Positions 35,914 through 45,577 are shown, counted from the whole stretch's first letter. The stretch: 63,318 nucleotides of DNA, filler included, from Candidatus Desantisbacteria bacterium CG1_02_49_89 (GCA_001871075.1; 4 parts of 4 records of this genome joined end to end with filler, not necessarily neighbours in it), one strand, 5' to 3'. Notes: generated by a model not told the origin, from the letters alone. Program-made: numbers and translations.

Positions 35914-36723
35914 TTGCCAGGAAATAAGGTAAACCTTCTTCTGAAATATTACACCGAAGTGACAAGGTCAAAGCACCTGCATTTCGGTTTCTGGGAGCCG
36001 GGCGAGGAACTGGATATGAAAAACCTGCGCGTCGCGCAGGACAGGTATCTGCGCCACCTGCTCAGTTACATCCCGGCCGGAGTGAAAACCGTGCTTGACG
36101 CGGGCTGCGGCGTGGGGGGCAACGCGGTTGAGCTAAAAAACAGGGGCTATGACGTTGTAAGCCTTTCACCCGATCCCTACCAGGAAAAAGTTTTCAGGGA
36201 AAACACCGGCGGGAAGGTCCAGTTCTGCCTGACCGGATTTGAGGATTTCCGGGCCGAGCGCAGGTTCGACCTGGTCCTGATGTCCGAGAGCTTCCAGTAT
36301 ATGGATCTCACGGCCGGCCTGAAAAAATGCCGCGAGGTCCTGAACGGCAGGGGATGGGTTCTCATATCGGATTTTTTCAAGGTGGACGGCGTTGACGACC
36401 GTGAGGTGCACATATCCGGCCATTCGCTTTCCGGTTTCCTGAAAGAGCTGGAAGCGGAAGGTTTTAAGATCGCCAGGCAGGAGGATGTCACGGACAGGAC
36501 AGGGCCCACGCTTAATTTCATGATATCGCTTTTCAATGATTATGCCATACCCAGCATCAGGATGCTCGCGTACGCCATGGAGACCTACATCCCGTTCGTT
36601 TACAAGATCTCGCGCCGGCTTTTCAGGAGCCCTATAAAGAAGGCGCTTGAAAAAAGCCTGGTGGATGATAAGACTTTCGCGAAATGCCGCAGATATATGT
36701 TCTATTTACTTCAACTGCAATAA
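35914..36723 (+). CDS. Class I SAM-dependent methyltransferase
   Basis: HLHFGFW, VLDAGCGVGG, FDLVLMSES. Confidence 0.88.
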   Translation: MPGNKVNLLLKYYTEVTRSKHLHFGFWEPGEELDMKNLRVAQDRYLRHLLSYIPAGVKTVLDAGCGVGGNAVELKNRGYDVVSLSPDPYQEKVFRENTGGKVQFCLTGFEDFRAERRFDLVLMSESFQYMDLTAGLKKCREVLNGRGWVLISDFFKVDGVDDREVHISGHSLSGFLKELEAEGFKIARQEDVTDRTGPTLNFMISLFNDYAIPSIRMLAYAMETYIPFVYKISRRLFRSPIKKALEKSLVDDKTFAKCRRYMFYLLQLQ

Positions 36724-36938
36724 GACAGTGTCCAGTGGCCCGCCCCTTCGGCGGGTCGCCATGCCTCGTCGGCAGGTCGCCGAAGTGGTGACCGTAGTGG
36801 CGACCAGTATCCAGCAAATAATTTTAAATTTCAAATTGCAAATTTCAAATTGCAAATTGAAGGAGTAGCTGCAGGGCTTGCCCTGCTATTTTGAATAAAA
36901 ATTCTATTTCCTTCATTGTAAATTGATAAGGAGAAAAG

Positions 36939-38129
36939 ATGGACCAATCTAACACAAGTTTTGTTAACCTCGGTATTGCTCCGGGATTTCTGGAAGCTTT
37001 AGGGAGAATGAAGATCACTATTCCTACGCCCATCCAGAACAAGGCGATCCCGGTGGCGATGGAAGGCAAGGATGTTGTGGGCATTGCTCAGTCAGGCACA
37101 GGCAAAACGATCGCGTTCGGCATACCGATGATGCAGCGCCTCGCTCAAAGAAGGGGGAAGGGGCTTGTGCTCGCTCCTACCAGGGAACTTGCGGTCCAGG
37201 TGGGCGAGATGCTGAGGAGCCTGAGCCACGCGCCCGGGATGGAGATCGCTGTCCTTATAGGCGGCGCCCCGATAAACAAACAGCTGAACCAGCTTAACAG
37301 GAACCCGCGCATACTCGTGGCCACGCCGGGAAGGCTGATGGACCATGTTGAGAGAAGAAGGAACCTGCTGAGCGACGTGAACGTGGTGGTGCTTGACGAG
37401 GCTGACCGCATGCTTGATATGGGTTTCAAGCCGCAGATAGACCGTATCCTGCAGCAGGTGCCCAGGGACAGGCAGACCATGCTTTTTTCCGCGACGATGC
37501 CTTCCGAGATAGCCGGTATCGCGAGGACTTACATGAAACTTCCTGTCAGCGTTGAGGTCGCGCCTGCGGGAACCGCGGCGGAAACAGTCGTCCAGGAGCT
37601 TTTTATCGTAATGCACGACAGCAAGGCGCAGCTTCTGCGCAGGCTTCTCGAGCAATACAAGGGGTCGGTCCTGCTGTTTACGCGCACTAAGGCCGGCGCG
37701 AGGAAGGTGAAGATAAGAGTGCAGTCTATGGGGCACAACTCCGCTGAGATACACTCAAACCGTTCTCTTTCCCAGCGCAGGGAAGCCCTTGAAGGCTTTA
37801 AATCAGGCAAATACAGGGTGCTGGTCGCCACCGATGTCGCGGCCCGGGGTATTGACGTTAAGGGTATTGAGCTGGTCATAAATTATGACCTTCCCGACGA
37901 GGCGGAAAGTTACGTGCACCGCATCGGGCGGACAGGGCGCGCCGGCAAGCCCGGGCACGCCATATCTTTCGCGATGCCGGACCAGCTGCAGGGAGTGCGC
38001 AGCATCGAAAGGCTGATAAGGACTACTTTACCCGTTTCCAAGCACCCCGATATGCCAGTTACGCAGTTTTCAACGCACTACGTCAGGTATACTCCGCGCA
38101 GGCGGCACGGCACGCACAGGTACCGTTAA
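36939..38129 (+). CDS. DEAD-box RNA helicase
   Basis: PTPIQ, SGTGKT, PTRELA, DEAD, SAT, ARGID, HRIGRTGR. Confidence 0.96.
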   Translation: MDQSNTSFVNLGIAPGFLEALGRMKITIPTPIQNKAIPVAMEGKDVVGIAQSGTGKTIAFGIPMMQRLAQRRGKGLVLAPTRELAVQVGEMLRSLSHAPGMEIAVLIGGAPINKQLNQLNRNPRILVATPGRLMDHVERRRNLLSDVNVVVLDEADRMLDMGFKPQIDRILQQVPRDRQTMLFSATMPSEIAGIARTYMKLPVSVEVAPAGTAAETVVQELFIVMHDSKAQLLRRLLEQYKGSVLLFTRTKAGARKVKIRVQSMGHNSAEIHSNRSLSQRREALEGFKSGKYRVLVATDVAARGIDVKGIELVINYDLPDEAESYVHRIGRTGRAGKPGHAISFAMPDQLQGVRSIERLIRTTLPVSKHPDMPVTQFSTHYVRYTPRRRHGTHRYR

Positions 38130-38132
38130 AAA

Positions 38133-38253
38133 CAGGGACAAGGAACCAGATACCAGGGACAAGATGCAAGGGACAAGATGCAAGTGAAGGATTTTTATTT
38201 AAATAAGATTCTATTTCCATCCCTAGCACCTTGCCACTTGTCACTTGTCCCTG
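38133..38253. repeat. Inverted pair of 7-mer arrays (CAAGGGA-like / TCACTTG-like)
   Basis: About 8 forward units, an AT-rich spacer, then about 5 reverse-complement units. Confidence 0.72.
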
Positions 38254-38333
38254 AAGTAAATACAAGAACAGACACCATCGATGCGTCCTAGGCAAGAACT
38301 AAAGCCGGGCTTAACGGCCCTGCGGGAGGCAGA

Positions 38334-39083
38334 ATGGAAAAGAAATGGAAGAGACCAGACATATCCATCCCCGTTAAATACAGGATCATAAGCGGGGGAA
38401 CGGGCGGGAGTAACGGAACCGGGGCGGCAGTTATGCCGGATGGCGCTATTTTAAACGCAGAGGAAGACCTGCTGAAAATGCTTATCGAGAAGGGAGCGCG
38501 CGCCGGGGACAGGATCGAAGTTGAAATGGAGATCTTCGAGCTGCTGAAAGACAACCGTTTTACGGCGGATATCATACAATTGCAGGAAGACAAGCCGGGT
38601 TTTGAGACAGCTGTTTTAAAGATAAGGGAAATGCTGGGGAAAAACCGCAGGATGTTCCTGGAGCGTATTTCCGAGATGCAGACCGAAACGGAGTTGAGGG
38701 GTGAAAAGAAGGAAAAAAGGATCTGGGCGAGAGTGGAGACATTTCTAAACGTTAAATATGATATTATCGCCCACGAGGGAGACGCGATAGACGTTGATTC
38801 CGTTGAGCCGCGCGCGGAGCTTCCTTATTACGGCAGGATACTGGACATAAGCGAGGGCGGGCTTAAATTTTTTAAGGACACGAACAGCGTTGTCCGGATC
38901 GGGGATGTCCTGGAAATCCTTTCTGATATACCGAATATCTCTGAGGACCAGCGCTTCTTTATAAAAACCGTGGCAGACAGGGGCGAGGCGAAAAGGGGCG
39001 GTCTGTTCGGATGTGTCTTTTTGAAAGTCAAAAAAACCCTGCGAGACCGTATAATCGATTACATCGCCAGGAAAAGTGGGTAG
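38334..39083 (+). CDS. PilZ domain-containing protein
   Basis: RxxxR (KRIWARV) and DxSxxG (DISEGG) c-di-GMP motifs; RDRIIDYI end. Confidence 0.7.
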   Translation: MEKKWKRPDISIPVKYRIISGGTGGSNGTGAAVMPDGAILNAEEDLLKMLIEKGARAGDRIEVEMEIFELLKDNRFTADIIQLQEDKPGFETAVLKIREMLGKNRRMFLERISEMQTETELRGEKKEKRIWARVETFLNVKYDIIAHEGDAIDVDSVEPRAELPYYGRILDISEGGLKFFKDTNSVVRIGDVLEILSDIPNISEDQRFFIKTVADRGEAKRGGLFGCVFLKVKKTLRDRIIDYIARKSG

Positions 39084-39380
39084 TTTGTAGCTGCAGGGCT
39101 TGCCCTGCTAATGCAGTCGTAGGGCAAGGTTTTTGTAGCTGCAGGGCTTGCCCTGCTATGTAGCGGTCCCGATTTACCTGTCCGCCAGTTAGTTTGGAGG
39201 ATCGGGACAATCTTGTCATTATCTATGTAGTTTGTAGCTGCAGGGCTTGCCCTGCTATTTTGAATAAAAATTCTATTTCCTTCATTGTAAATTGTTAATT
39301 GTAAATTTTAAATTGATAAGCGAAGCAATTTTGTAGCTGCAGGGCTTGCCCTGCTATGTAGTTATTATCCGGGAGCGTAT

Positions 39381-40457
39381 ATGCTTTCAATGGGGATAGT
39401 GGGCCTGCCCAACGTGGGCAAGTCCACTCTTTTTAATTCTCTGATAAAAAAGAGAAAAGCGCCGGCCATGAATTACCCGTTCTGCACCATAAAGCCGAAC
39501 GTGGGCGTGGTGGAGGTTTTTGACGAAAGGTTTTTTAAGCTGGCGGAGATGTCGCGCGCGCGCAGCGTTGTGCCCGCGGCAATAGAGTTCGTGGACATAG
39601 CCGGTCTGGCAAAGAACGCCTCGAAGGGAGAAGGTCTGGGGAACCAGTTCCTTGCCGACATCCGGGAAGTGGACGCCATACTTGAAGTGGTTCGTTTTTT
39701 CGAAGACGGCGAGATCATGCACGTGGAAGGCGAGCTGGACTGCGAACGCGACCGTGAGGTAGTGGACCTGGAGCTCGCGCTTGCTGACCTTGAAGTGGTG
39801 AGCAAGCGCCTGGATAAAGCTTACAGGGCGGCGCGCGCAGGGGACAAGGACGAAAAGAAGATATTCGATATATTAGGCAGGGTGAAAATATCGCTTGAAA
39901 AAGGGGACCTTGCCTCTGAGGCTGGGCTTAATGACGACGAAAAATTCGCGGTCAAGAGCCTGAGCCTGCTGACGCTCAAGCCCATCCTGTGCGTGGCGAA
40001 CGTCAGTGAAGAGCAGTTCAGGACCGGTTCCTGGAAGAAAATGACTGACCATCCCGAAAGATACCTTCCCATATGCGCGAAGATCGAAGAAGAGCTTATT
40101 GACCTGGACAGGGATGACTCAAAAAAATACCTTGAATCTATTAACGCGGGCGATTCCGGCCTTGACAGGCTCATCAAAGAAAGCTACAGGACTCTTGACC
40201 TAATCGCCTTTTTTACGGTAGGCGAGGAAGAGACCAAGGCCTGGAAAATAAGGAACGGCACCAAAGCGTCGGAAGCCGCGGGCGAAATACATTCTGATTT
40301 TGAAAGAGGGTTCATAAGGGCGGAGGTCATAAACTGGAAAGTCCTTCTGGAGGCAGGTTCAGAACTGGCTGCGGTTGAAAGGGGATTGATCAAGGGAGAG
40401 GGCAGGGACTATATCGTGCGCGACGGGGACTGCATAACCTTCAAGTTCAACGTATAG
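39381..40457 (+). CDS. ychF: Redox-regulated ATPase YchF
   Basis: GIVGLPNVGKSTLFN, NYPFCTI, DIAGL..GEGLGNQFL, IHSDFERGFIRAE. Confidence 0.97.
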   Translation: MLSMGIVGLPNVGKSTLFNSLIKKRKAPAMNYPFCTIKPNVGVVEVFDERFFKLAEMSRARSVVPAAIEFVDIAGLAKNASKGEGLGNQFLADIREVDAILEVVRFFEDGEIMHVEGELDCERDREVVDLELALADLEVVSKRLDKAYRAARAGDKDEKKIFDILGRVKISLEKGDLASEAGLNDDEKFAVKSLSLLTLKPILCVANVSEEQFRTGSWKKMTDHPERYLPICAKIEEELIDLDRDDSKKYLESINAGDSGLDRLIKESYRTLDLIAFFTVGEEETKAWKIRNGTKASEAAGEIHSDFERGFIRAEVINWKVLLEAGSELAAVERGLIKGEGRDYIVRDGDCITFKFNV

Positions 40458-40695
40458 CCAAAGATAAAGCCGTATTTTCGTTTTGGTGTCATTGCGACAC
40501 AAGCTTTTAGACAATGAAAATGACAATTACGAGCTCAATTGATTGACGGTTTCTGGTGTCATTGCGGGCGCAGCGTGGCAATCAAAAAAAGCAACGGCAG
40601 GGTTTATCCTGCCGGGTTCCCCCTTTGTAAAAGGGGGATTGAGGGGGATTTTGCAGGGCAGACCTTTTCGAAGACCCGCCAGTTTTTAAGGAGGG

Positions 40696-40859
40696 AGGTC
40701 TGCGTAGCTCAAACCTTCAGGTTTGAGAGTGAATATTCAAGGTCTGACCCCCAAGCTTGCACAAATAGGTTTTTATTTATCTTTCGTAGGGCAGACCTTC
40801 AGGTCTGCGTAGCTCAAACCTTCAGGTTTGAGAGTGAATATTCAAGTTCTGACCCCCAA
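40696..40859 (+). repeat. REP cluster: two ~59-bp direct copies containing GTAGCTCAAACCTTCAGGTTTGA and ..TCTGACCCC
   Basis: 40696-40754 vs 40801-40859. The same REP occurs at ~11599 and ~49923. Confidence 0.82.
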
Positions 40860-40887
40860 ACTTTTATAGTAAAAAAGGAGATCCCCG

Positions 40888-41232
40888 GTGTCCATTTTAA
40901 AGGAGTTCAAAGAATTTGCGGTTAAAGGCAATGCCATTGATATGTCCGTAGGTATAGTGATCGGTGCGGCTTTTGGTAAGATCGTCAGTTCTTTGGTAAA
41001 TGATGTTATTATGCCGCCTATCGGTATCTTGATCGGCGGGGTTGATTTCAAGGACCTGAAACTGATACTTAAGGGCGCCACGGCAGATGCGCCGGCAGTG
41101 ACCCTCAATTACGGGCAATTCATTAATTCGGTGCTTGATTTCCTGATCGTCGCCATCGCGATCTTTATGGTGATAAAAGGCATCAACACATTGAAAAAGA
41201 AAACCGAACAAACCAGGACTGAACCTAAATAA
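40888..41232 (+). CDS. mscL: Large-conductance mechanosensitive channel
   Basis: [40 protein letters not shown]. Confidence 0.96.
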   Translation: MSILKEFKEFAVKGNAIDMSVGIVIGAAFGKIVSSLVNDVIMPPIGILIGGVDFKDLKLILKGATADAPAVTLNYGQFINSVLDFLIVAIAIFMVIKGINTLKKKTEQTRTEPK

Positions 41233-41484
41233 ACCGTTCGATCGCGCGGTGGTATTGTCAAGGAGCCGCAGGATTATCCCTGGTCAAGCGCACTGAGCCA
41301 TATCAAAAGAAATGGCAATCTTTTACTGTCAGGCGACCTTCCTCTTGTGGGTGAAATAAAGGACTGGAAAACATATCTTTCAAGCCAGGAAGATGAGGAG
41401 GCCCTGAAAGAACTAAGGCAATGCACTCTTACGGGAAGGCCCGCAGGAAAGGATGATTTCGTTATCAAGATGGAGTGCCTGCTG
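41233..41484 (+). pseudogene. C-terminal remnant of a RAYT/Y1-type transposase, interrupted by a MITE
   Basis: One frame reads GIVKEPQDYPWSSALSH..DWKTYL..LRQCTLTGRPAGKDDFVIKMECLL; no start codon. Confidence 0.72.
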
Positions 41485-41600
41485 TGTAAATTGTAATCAA
41501 AAATTGACCCACCTTGTAATGACAATTGACCCGTCTTTTATATTGTAGGAGTGGGTCAAACCAGATTACAATATGGGTCAAAGATGCATTACTATTGACA
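41485..41600. mobile_element. 116-bp IS21-like MITE, left copy
   Basis: TG..CA ends; imperfect TIR with two GTAAT-N-TTGACCC repeats per end. Confidence 0.88.
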
Positions 41601-41687
41601 TTATTTAGTCAATTAGATGAGTTGCATAATATATTAAAAGAAAAATTATTACCAGAAATAATTGATTATGGGTTTATTAGTGAATAA
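41601..41687 (+). pseudogene. Probable 3' fragment of a gene truncated by the left MITE
   Basis: Open frame LFSQLDELHNILKEKLLPEIIDYGFISE* begins exactly at the MITE end. Confidence 0.45.
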
Positions 41688-41756
41688 AAGATGAAGTAAT
41701 GAAATAGAAATTTATAAGTAAGTTATTCGTATTTTGATAAGTAGGGAGTAAATAAC

Positions 41757-42482
41757 ATGACTAAAAGTGGACAGCTTGTTTGCTCATATCTTGAAAATAT
41801 CCCAAGAGAAGGTTTAGAAAAATATCAGAAAATAATTCGGGAATATGCAAAAGGAAGACACGGAATATATGCCTTGTATAAAAGCGGAAAATTGTATTAC
41901 GTAGGATTAGCTTCAAATTTACGCTCCAGGCTTCATCATCATTTACAGGACAGACACGCTCAAAGCTGGGATAGGTTTAGTATCTATTTAACAATTAATG
42001 ATAGACAACTTAAGGATTTGGAGACTTTGGTTCTTAGGATCGCCAGTCCTAAAGGGAATTTACAAGAAGGAAAATTTATCCAATCTGAAGATTTGAAGAG
42101 GAAATTCAGAAGGCAATTTACTGAATTTCAAAGACATGAACGGGACATTTTCTTTCAAGATAACCATCCAACGTTTGAACCAGATCAACAGCCAGAACCC
42201 ATTAAGGGTCGTAAAGCAACCCTTGCAGATTATATAAAAAGACGTATACATATTCGATTTGAATACAAAGGGCATCTTTACATTGCCCATGTGCGAAGGG
42301 ATGGAACTATAACATTTGCAGCTGAAGGTCACAGGGCAAAGGAATTACAGGGGAAAGTTTATACTTCGCCTTCACTGGCTGCTACGGCAATAACTAATCA
42401 TAAAATGAATGGTTGGAAAGCTTGGAAATATGAACGTTCTCCTGGTGAATGGGTATTATTAGATGAGCTAAGGAAACAGTAA
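41757..42482 (+). CDS. GIY-YIG nuclease fused to a RAMA-like domain
   Basis: HGIYALY..LYYVGLASNLRSRLHHH and later E/N residues; C-terminal GKVYTSPSLAATAI..NGWKAWKY. Confidence 0.82.
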   Translation: MTKSGQLVCSYLENIPREGLEKYQKIIREYAKGRHGIYALYKSGKLYYVGLASNLRSRLHHHLQDRHAQSWDRFSIYLTINDRQLKDLETLVLRIASPKGNLQEGKFIQSEDLKRKFRRQFTEFQRHERDIFFQDNHPTFEPDQQPEPIKGRKATLADYIKRRIHIRFEYKGHLYIAHVRRDGTITFAAEGHRAKELQGKVYTSPSLAATAITNHKMNGWKAWKYERSPGEWVLLDELRKQ

Positions 42483-42970
42483 TGAAAACAGACATCGGTG
42501 AATATATAGTAGGCGCTTATTTAAAAGTAATAGAGGGTTGCAGTTTTATTGATTATAATGTAAGACCTCCTGGCGGAGGGTTGGAAGGATTAAATGAAAT
42601 TGATGTTCTGGGTTTTGATTTGGAAAAGAGAGCTATTTATTTGTGTGAAGTAACAACGCACATTCTTGGACTTAATTATGGAAGTCATACGGAAACAATT
42701 CAAAAAATAAATGATAAATATTTGAGGTTAAAGGAGTATGCAAAAAAGAATTTAAAAGTATTTACAAAATTTAATTATATGTTTTGGTCTCCCGTTGTAA
42801 GTAAAGGGTATCTTACAAATGAACTCGAAAAAATTCAAGGCTTGAAAGTTATTATTAATGAAAAATATACTGAAAAGATAGATATGTTGAGAAAAAAAGC
42901 AAAAAGATTTACACAGGATTTTGGAAATCCTTTTTTTAGAGTTCTCCAAATTTTAGAAAAGTTAAAATAG
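42482..42970 (+). CDS. PD-(D/E)XK restriction-endonuclease-fold protein
   Basis: GEYIVGAYL, EIDVLG, IYLCEVTTH; TAATG overlap with the upstream gene. Confidence 0.7.
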   Translation: MKTDIGEYIVGAYLKVIEGCSFIDYNVRPPGGGLEGLNEIDVLGFDLEKRAIYLCEVTTHILGLNYGSHTETIQKINDKYLRLKEYAKKNLKVFTKFNYMFWSPVVSKGYLTNELEKIQGLKVIINEKYTEKIDMLRKKAKRFTQDFGNPFFRVLQILEKLK

Positions 42971-43043
42971 ATCAGCTTGACTTTGAGCCACCATAAATAA
43001 TAAGTGTTTTAAAAACTGATAGGACAGATCACAAAGAGAGAAA

Positions 43044-43598
43044 ATGGACGTTAATAGTAGTTATAAATTAATATATTCTAAGATTTCTAAAGAATGGTTT
43101 AATTTATCGTTTACGTTAAATGAGCCATCTTTTTATAGATTTTTTTGTTTATGGAATTCGTTTAATGCGTTATATATTTTAATAGGCGATCTTTATACAA
43201 GAGATTCTGAAAGACAAAAAATACTAATTGGACAATTGAATAAAGACGATGCTAACAAGATTATTGAATCCGCAAAGAATCTTATAAGAGATCCGATTAG
43301 AGATTTAAAGGGAGAATTATTCAAATTAAATCAACCTCCAGACGTTGAAAATTTTGATTATACAAAGCTAACATATGAAAGGGATTATACAAACTTAGAA
43401 AAGTTAGAACATATTGTAACTATTTTATATCGTATAAGAAATAATTTAACGCATGGTTCAAAAAAAATAACCGGCATGAATATAGAAATAGTAAATAAAG
43501 CAAATTTAGTTTTAAAAATAATCGTTGAAAAATGTATAGAAGAAAAATTACCCAAATTAGATAATGAAAATTCAAATAACTATAATGGAGATAAATAA
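43044..43598 (+). CDS. HEPN-domain putative RNase (Apea/MauJ-like)
   Basis: FFCLWNSFNALY helix and RNNLTHG (Rx4H) motif. Confidence 0.78.
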   Translation: MDVNSSYKLIYSKISKEWFNLSFTLNEPSFYRFFCLWNSFNALYILIGDLYTRDSERQKILIGQLNKDDANKIIESAKNLIRDPIRDLKGELFKLNQPPDVENFDYTKLTYERDYTNLEKLEHIVTILYRIRNNLTHGSKKITGMNIEIVNKANLVLKIIVEKCIEEKLPKLDNENSNNYNGDK

Positions 43599-44384
43599 AT
43601 GTGCAGATTGTTTGGAATTATGGCTAATAGAGAAGTAGATATCGATTTTTCATTTTACAAAGCTGACAAACCATTTAAATCGTTTTCAAGAAGTAATCCA
43701 GATGGATGGGGAATAGGTTATTACAAAAATGGCAAGGCAGAAGTTTTTAAGGAAGGATTGGACGATGTTGAAAAATATGACTTTAACAAAATAGAGTATA
43801 TAAAATCAAATATAGTTATTTCACACGTAAGAAAAGCCGCTCAGTATGGTGGCAATTCAAGTAAAAATGCGCATCCTTTTAAATATAAAAATTGGATATT
43901 TGCCCATAACGGTGTTGTAAAAAGAGAAAGAATATTAGAATGTTTGGATGAAGAATACAAACAGGAATTAACCAGCGAAAACGATACCGAAATATATTTT
44001 CGTTTACTTTTACAAGAAATTAATAGGAGTTCTAATGTAATTAATGGAATAAAAACTGGTATTAAAATAGTAAAGGAGCAGGTTGATTATACTGGTCTGA
44101 ATTTTGTCATGTCTGACGGAGAAACTTTATATGCTTACAGAGATGCTTCAGAAAACAAAAATTATTATTCCTTATATTTTCTTGAACGAAAACCCCAAAA
44201 AGGAAAAGAATTTAATTTTAAATCTAAGGCAACCAATCAATTAATGCACAGTAAATGTTTATTGGGCGAAAAAGCAGTTTTGTTTTGTTCGGAAAAAATG
44301 ACTGAAGAAGAATGGCAAGAAATTGAATTAGGAAAATTATTTATTGTAGATCCTAAGTTAGAAATAACAAAGATTAAATTATAA
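43599..44384 (+). CDS. Class II glutamine amidotransferase / Ntn-hydrolase (YafJ/EgtC-like)
   Basis: MCRLFG (Cys2 nucleophile), NPDGWG, SHVRKA, NAHPF, FAHNG, NDTE. Confidence 0.9.
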   Translation: MCRLFGIMANREVDIDFSFYKADKPFKSFSRSNPDGWGIGYYKNGKAEVFKEGLDDVEKYDFNKIEYIKSNIVISHVRKAAQYGGNSSKNAHPFKYKNWIFAHNGVVKRERILECLDEEYKQELTSENDTEIYFRLLLQEINRSSNVINGIKTGIKIVKEQVDYTGLNFVMSDGETLYAYRDASENKNYYSLYFLERKPQKGKEFNFKSKATNQLMHSKCLLGEKAVLFCSEKMTEEEWQEIELGKLFIVDPKLEITKIKL

Positions 44385-44659
44385 ATTAAGGAAGATTGCC
44401 GATTACCCGAGTATATTTTGCAGCATTTTCAAGTTCTGCGTGTATAATAAGATAATACCATTCATTTTCTGCTTGATTAATAGGAAGAAATGTGGTATAA
44501 TGATATAAGAGGTTAGGGGTTGGGAATAGGGAAGGCTAAAGTAGCTTACAAGTTAAAAGCGGTTCTTTGAAAATTGGGGATTGAAGAGGCATGCCTGCCC
44601 GGAAGAAAGGTTCTTTAAAGGAAAAGGTAATAAAGACGATGGTGTTAGAAGGAGGGTGC

Positions 44660-44866
44660 ATGGAACAGAACAACCCGGCAGGGCAGCAGAATTTGAACAA
44701 GAAATGGCTTAAGGAGTTTTTCCAGATTCCTCTTGATTGGCTTTCATTTTTACTGGTAGCAACCGTGTCAATTATCCACGCAATAAAAACATCATATTAT
44801 CTTACAAACACAGAAGAGGGAAAGGCGGAAATAGAAAGGCAGGCAAAAGAAAGGTTGGATAGGTAA
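44660..44866 (+). CDS. Small membrane-associated hypothetical protein
   Basis: GGAGGG RBS before the ATG at 44660; one hydrophobic helix; upstream TGTGGTATAAT. Confidence 0.45.
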   Translation: MEQNNPAGQQNLNKKWLKEFFQIPLDWLSFLLVATVSIIHAIKTSYYLTNTEEGKAEIERQAKERLDR

Positions 44867-45128
44867 AGAAACTGGTAGAGGTGGCGTGCCTCAGTTTGAC
44901 TTTAAACCACTATACGTAAAAATATAGATGGAAATTAGAAGCCGGTGCTATCACAGGGCCGGTTTTCTATTTTGTCTCTCCTTATAATCGAATACACTTG
45001 ACTTTTTCAAGTTTTAATATATAATAGACTTGCATAATTAGATGCTATATTCAATATATAAATAATGAACTCAAGTTAGATTACAACACAGACCCAGACT
45101 GCGTTATAGTTGACAAGGAGTATTAAAA

Positions 45129-45286
45129 ATGAAAAAACTAATCTTGATCTCATTGTTAGTATTATTAGCGGCAACTGCCTATGCACAAGATACAAAGACT
45201 ACTGCTGCGGTTATGGATTTAACTGCTGAGCAGGGAGTTTCCGCAGGTACAGCAAAGGCACTTTCAGACTATTTGCGAGTCCAGCT
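45129..45286 (+). pseudogene. Exported protein (CsgG/LpoB-like N-terminus) truncated by the right MITE
   Basis: Signal peptide MKKLIL..AYA and AAVMDLTAEQGVS..ALSDYLRVQL, after which the frame runs into MITE sequence. Confidence 0.65.
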
Positions 45287-45402
45287 TGTAAATTGTAATC
45301 AAAAATTGACCCACCTTGTAATGACAATTGACCCGTCTTTTATATTGTAGGAGTGGGTCAAACCAGATTACAATATGGGTCAAAGATGCATTATTATTGA
45401 CA
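45287..45402. mobile_element. 116-bp IS21-like MITE, right copy (direct orientation)
   Basis: Differs from 41485-41600 at only one position that I could see. Confidence 0.88.
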
Positions 45403-45577
45403 GCCAGATCAAGGGGAAGGCCAGAGAAAATAAAATAAATGGTCGCTGTCCCTATTAAAATTAAAGTTTTCTTCCCTTAATTTCATATCAAATAATCTTG
45501 ACATTGAACGAAAATATGCTATAATATAGTCTCCTAAATATCTATATCATTAAATATATATTCGCGGGAAGGAAACG

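Larger units (their letters stand above)
35878..39354 (+). repeat. Six dispersed copies of the REP GTAGCTGCAGGGCTTGCCCTGC
   Basis: Copies at 35878, 36865, 39087, 39135, 39234 and 39333; GTAG foot plus GCAGGGC/GCCCTGC hairpin. Confidence 0.9.

Noticed and set aside
40539-40925. 128-aa ORF with an internal duplication (also 5901-6194, 11461-11727, 39028-39219)
   Set aside because: These are translations of REP and palindrome clusters.
45287-45350. C-terminus of the 73-aa ORF 45129-45350 as a real small protein
   Set aside because: The last ~20 codons are MITE sequence, so the gene is a truncation.
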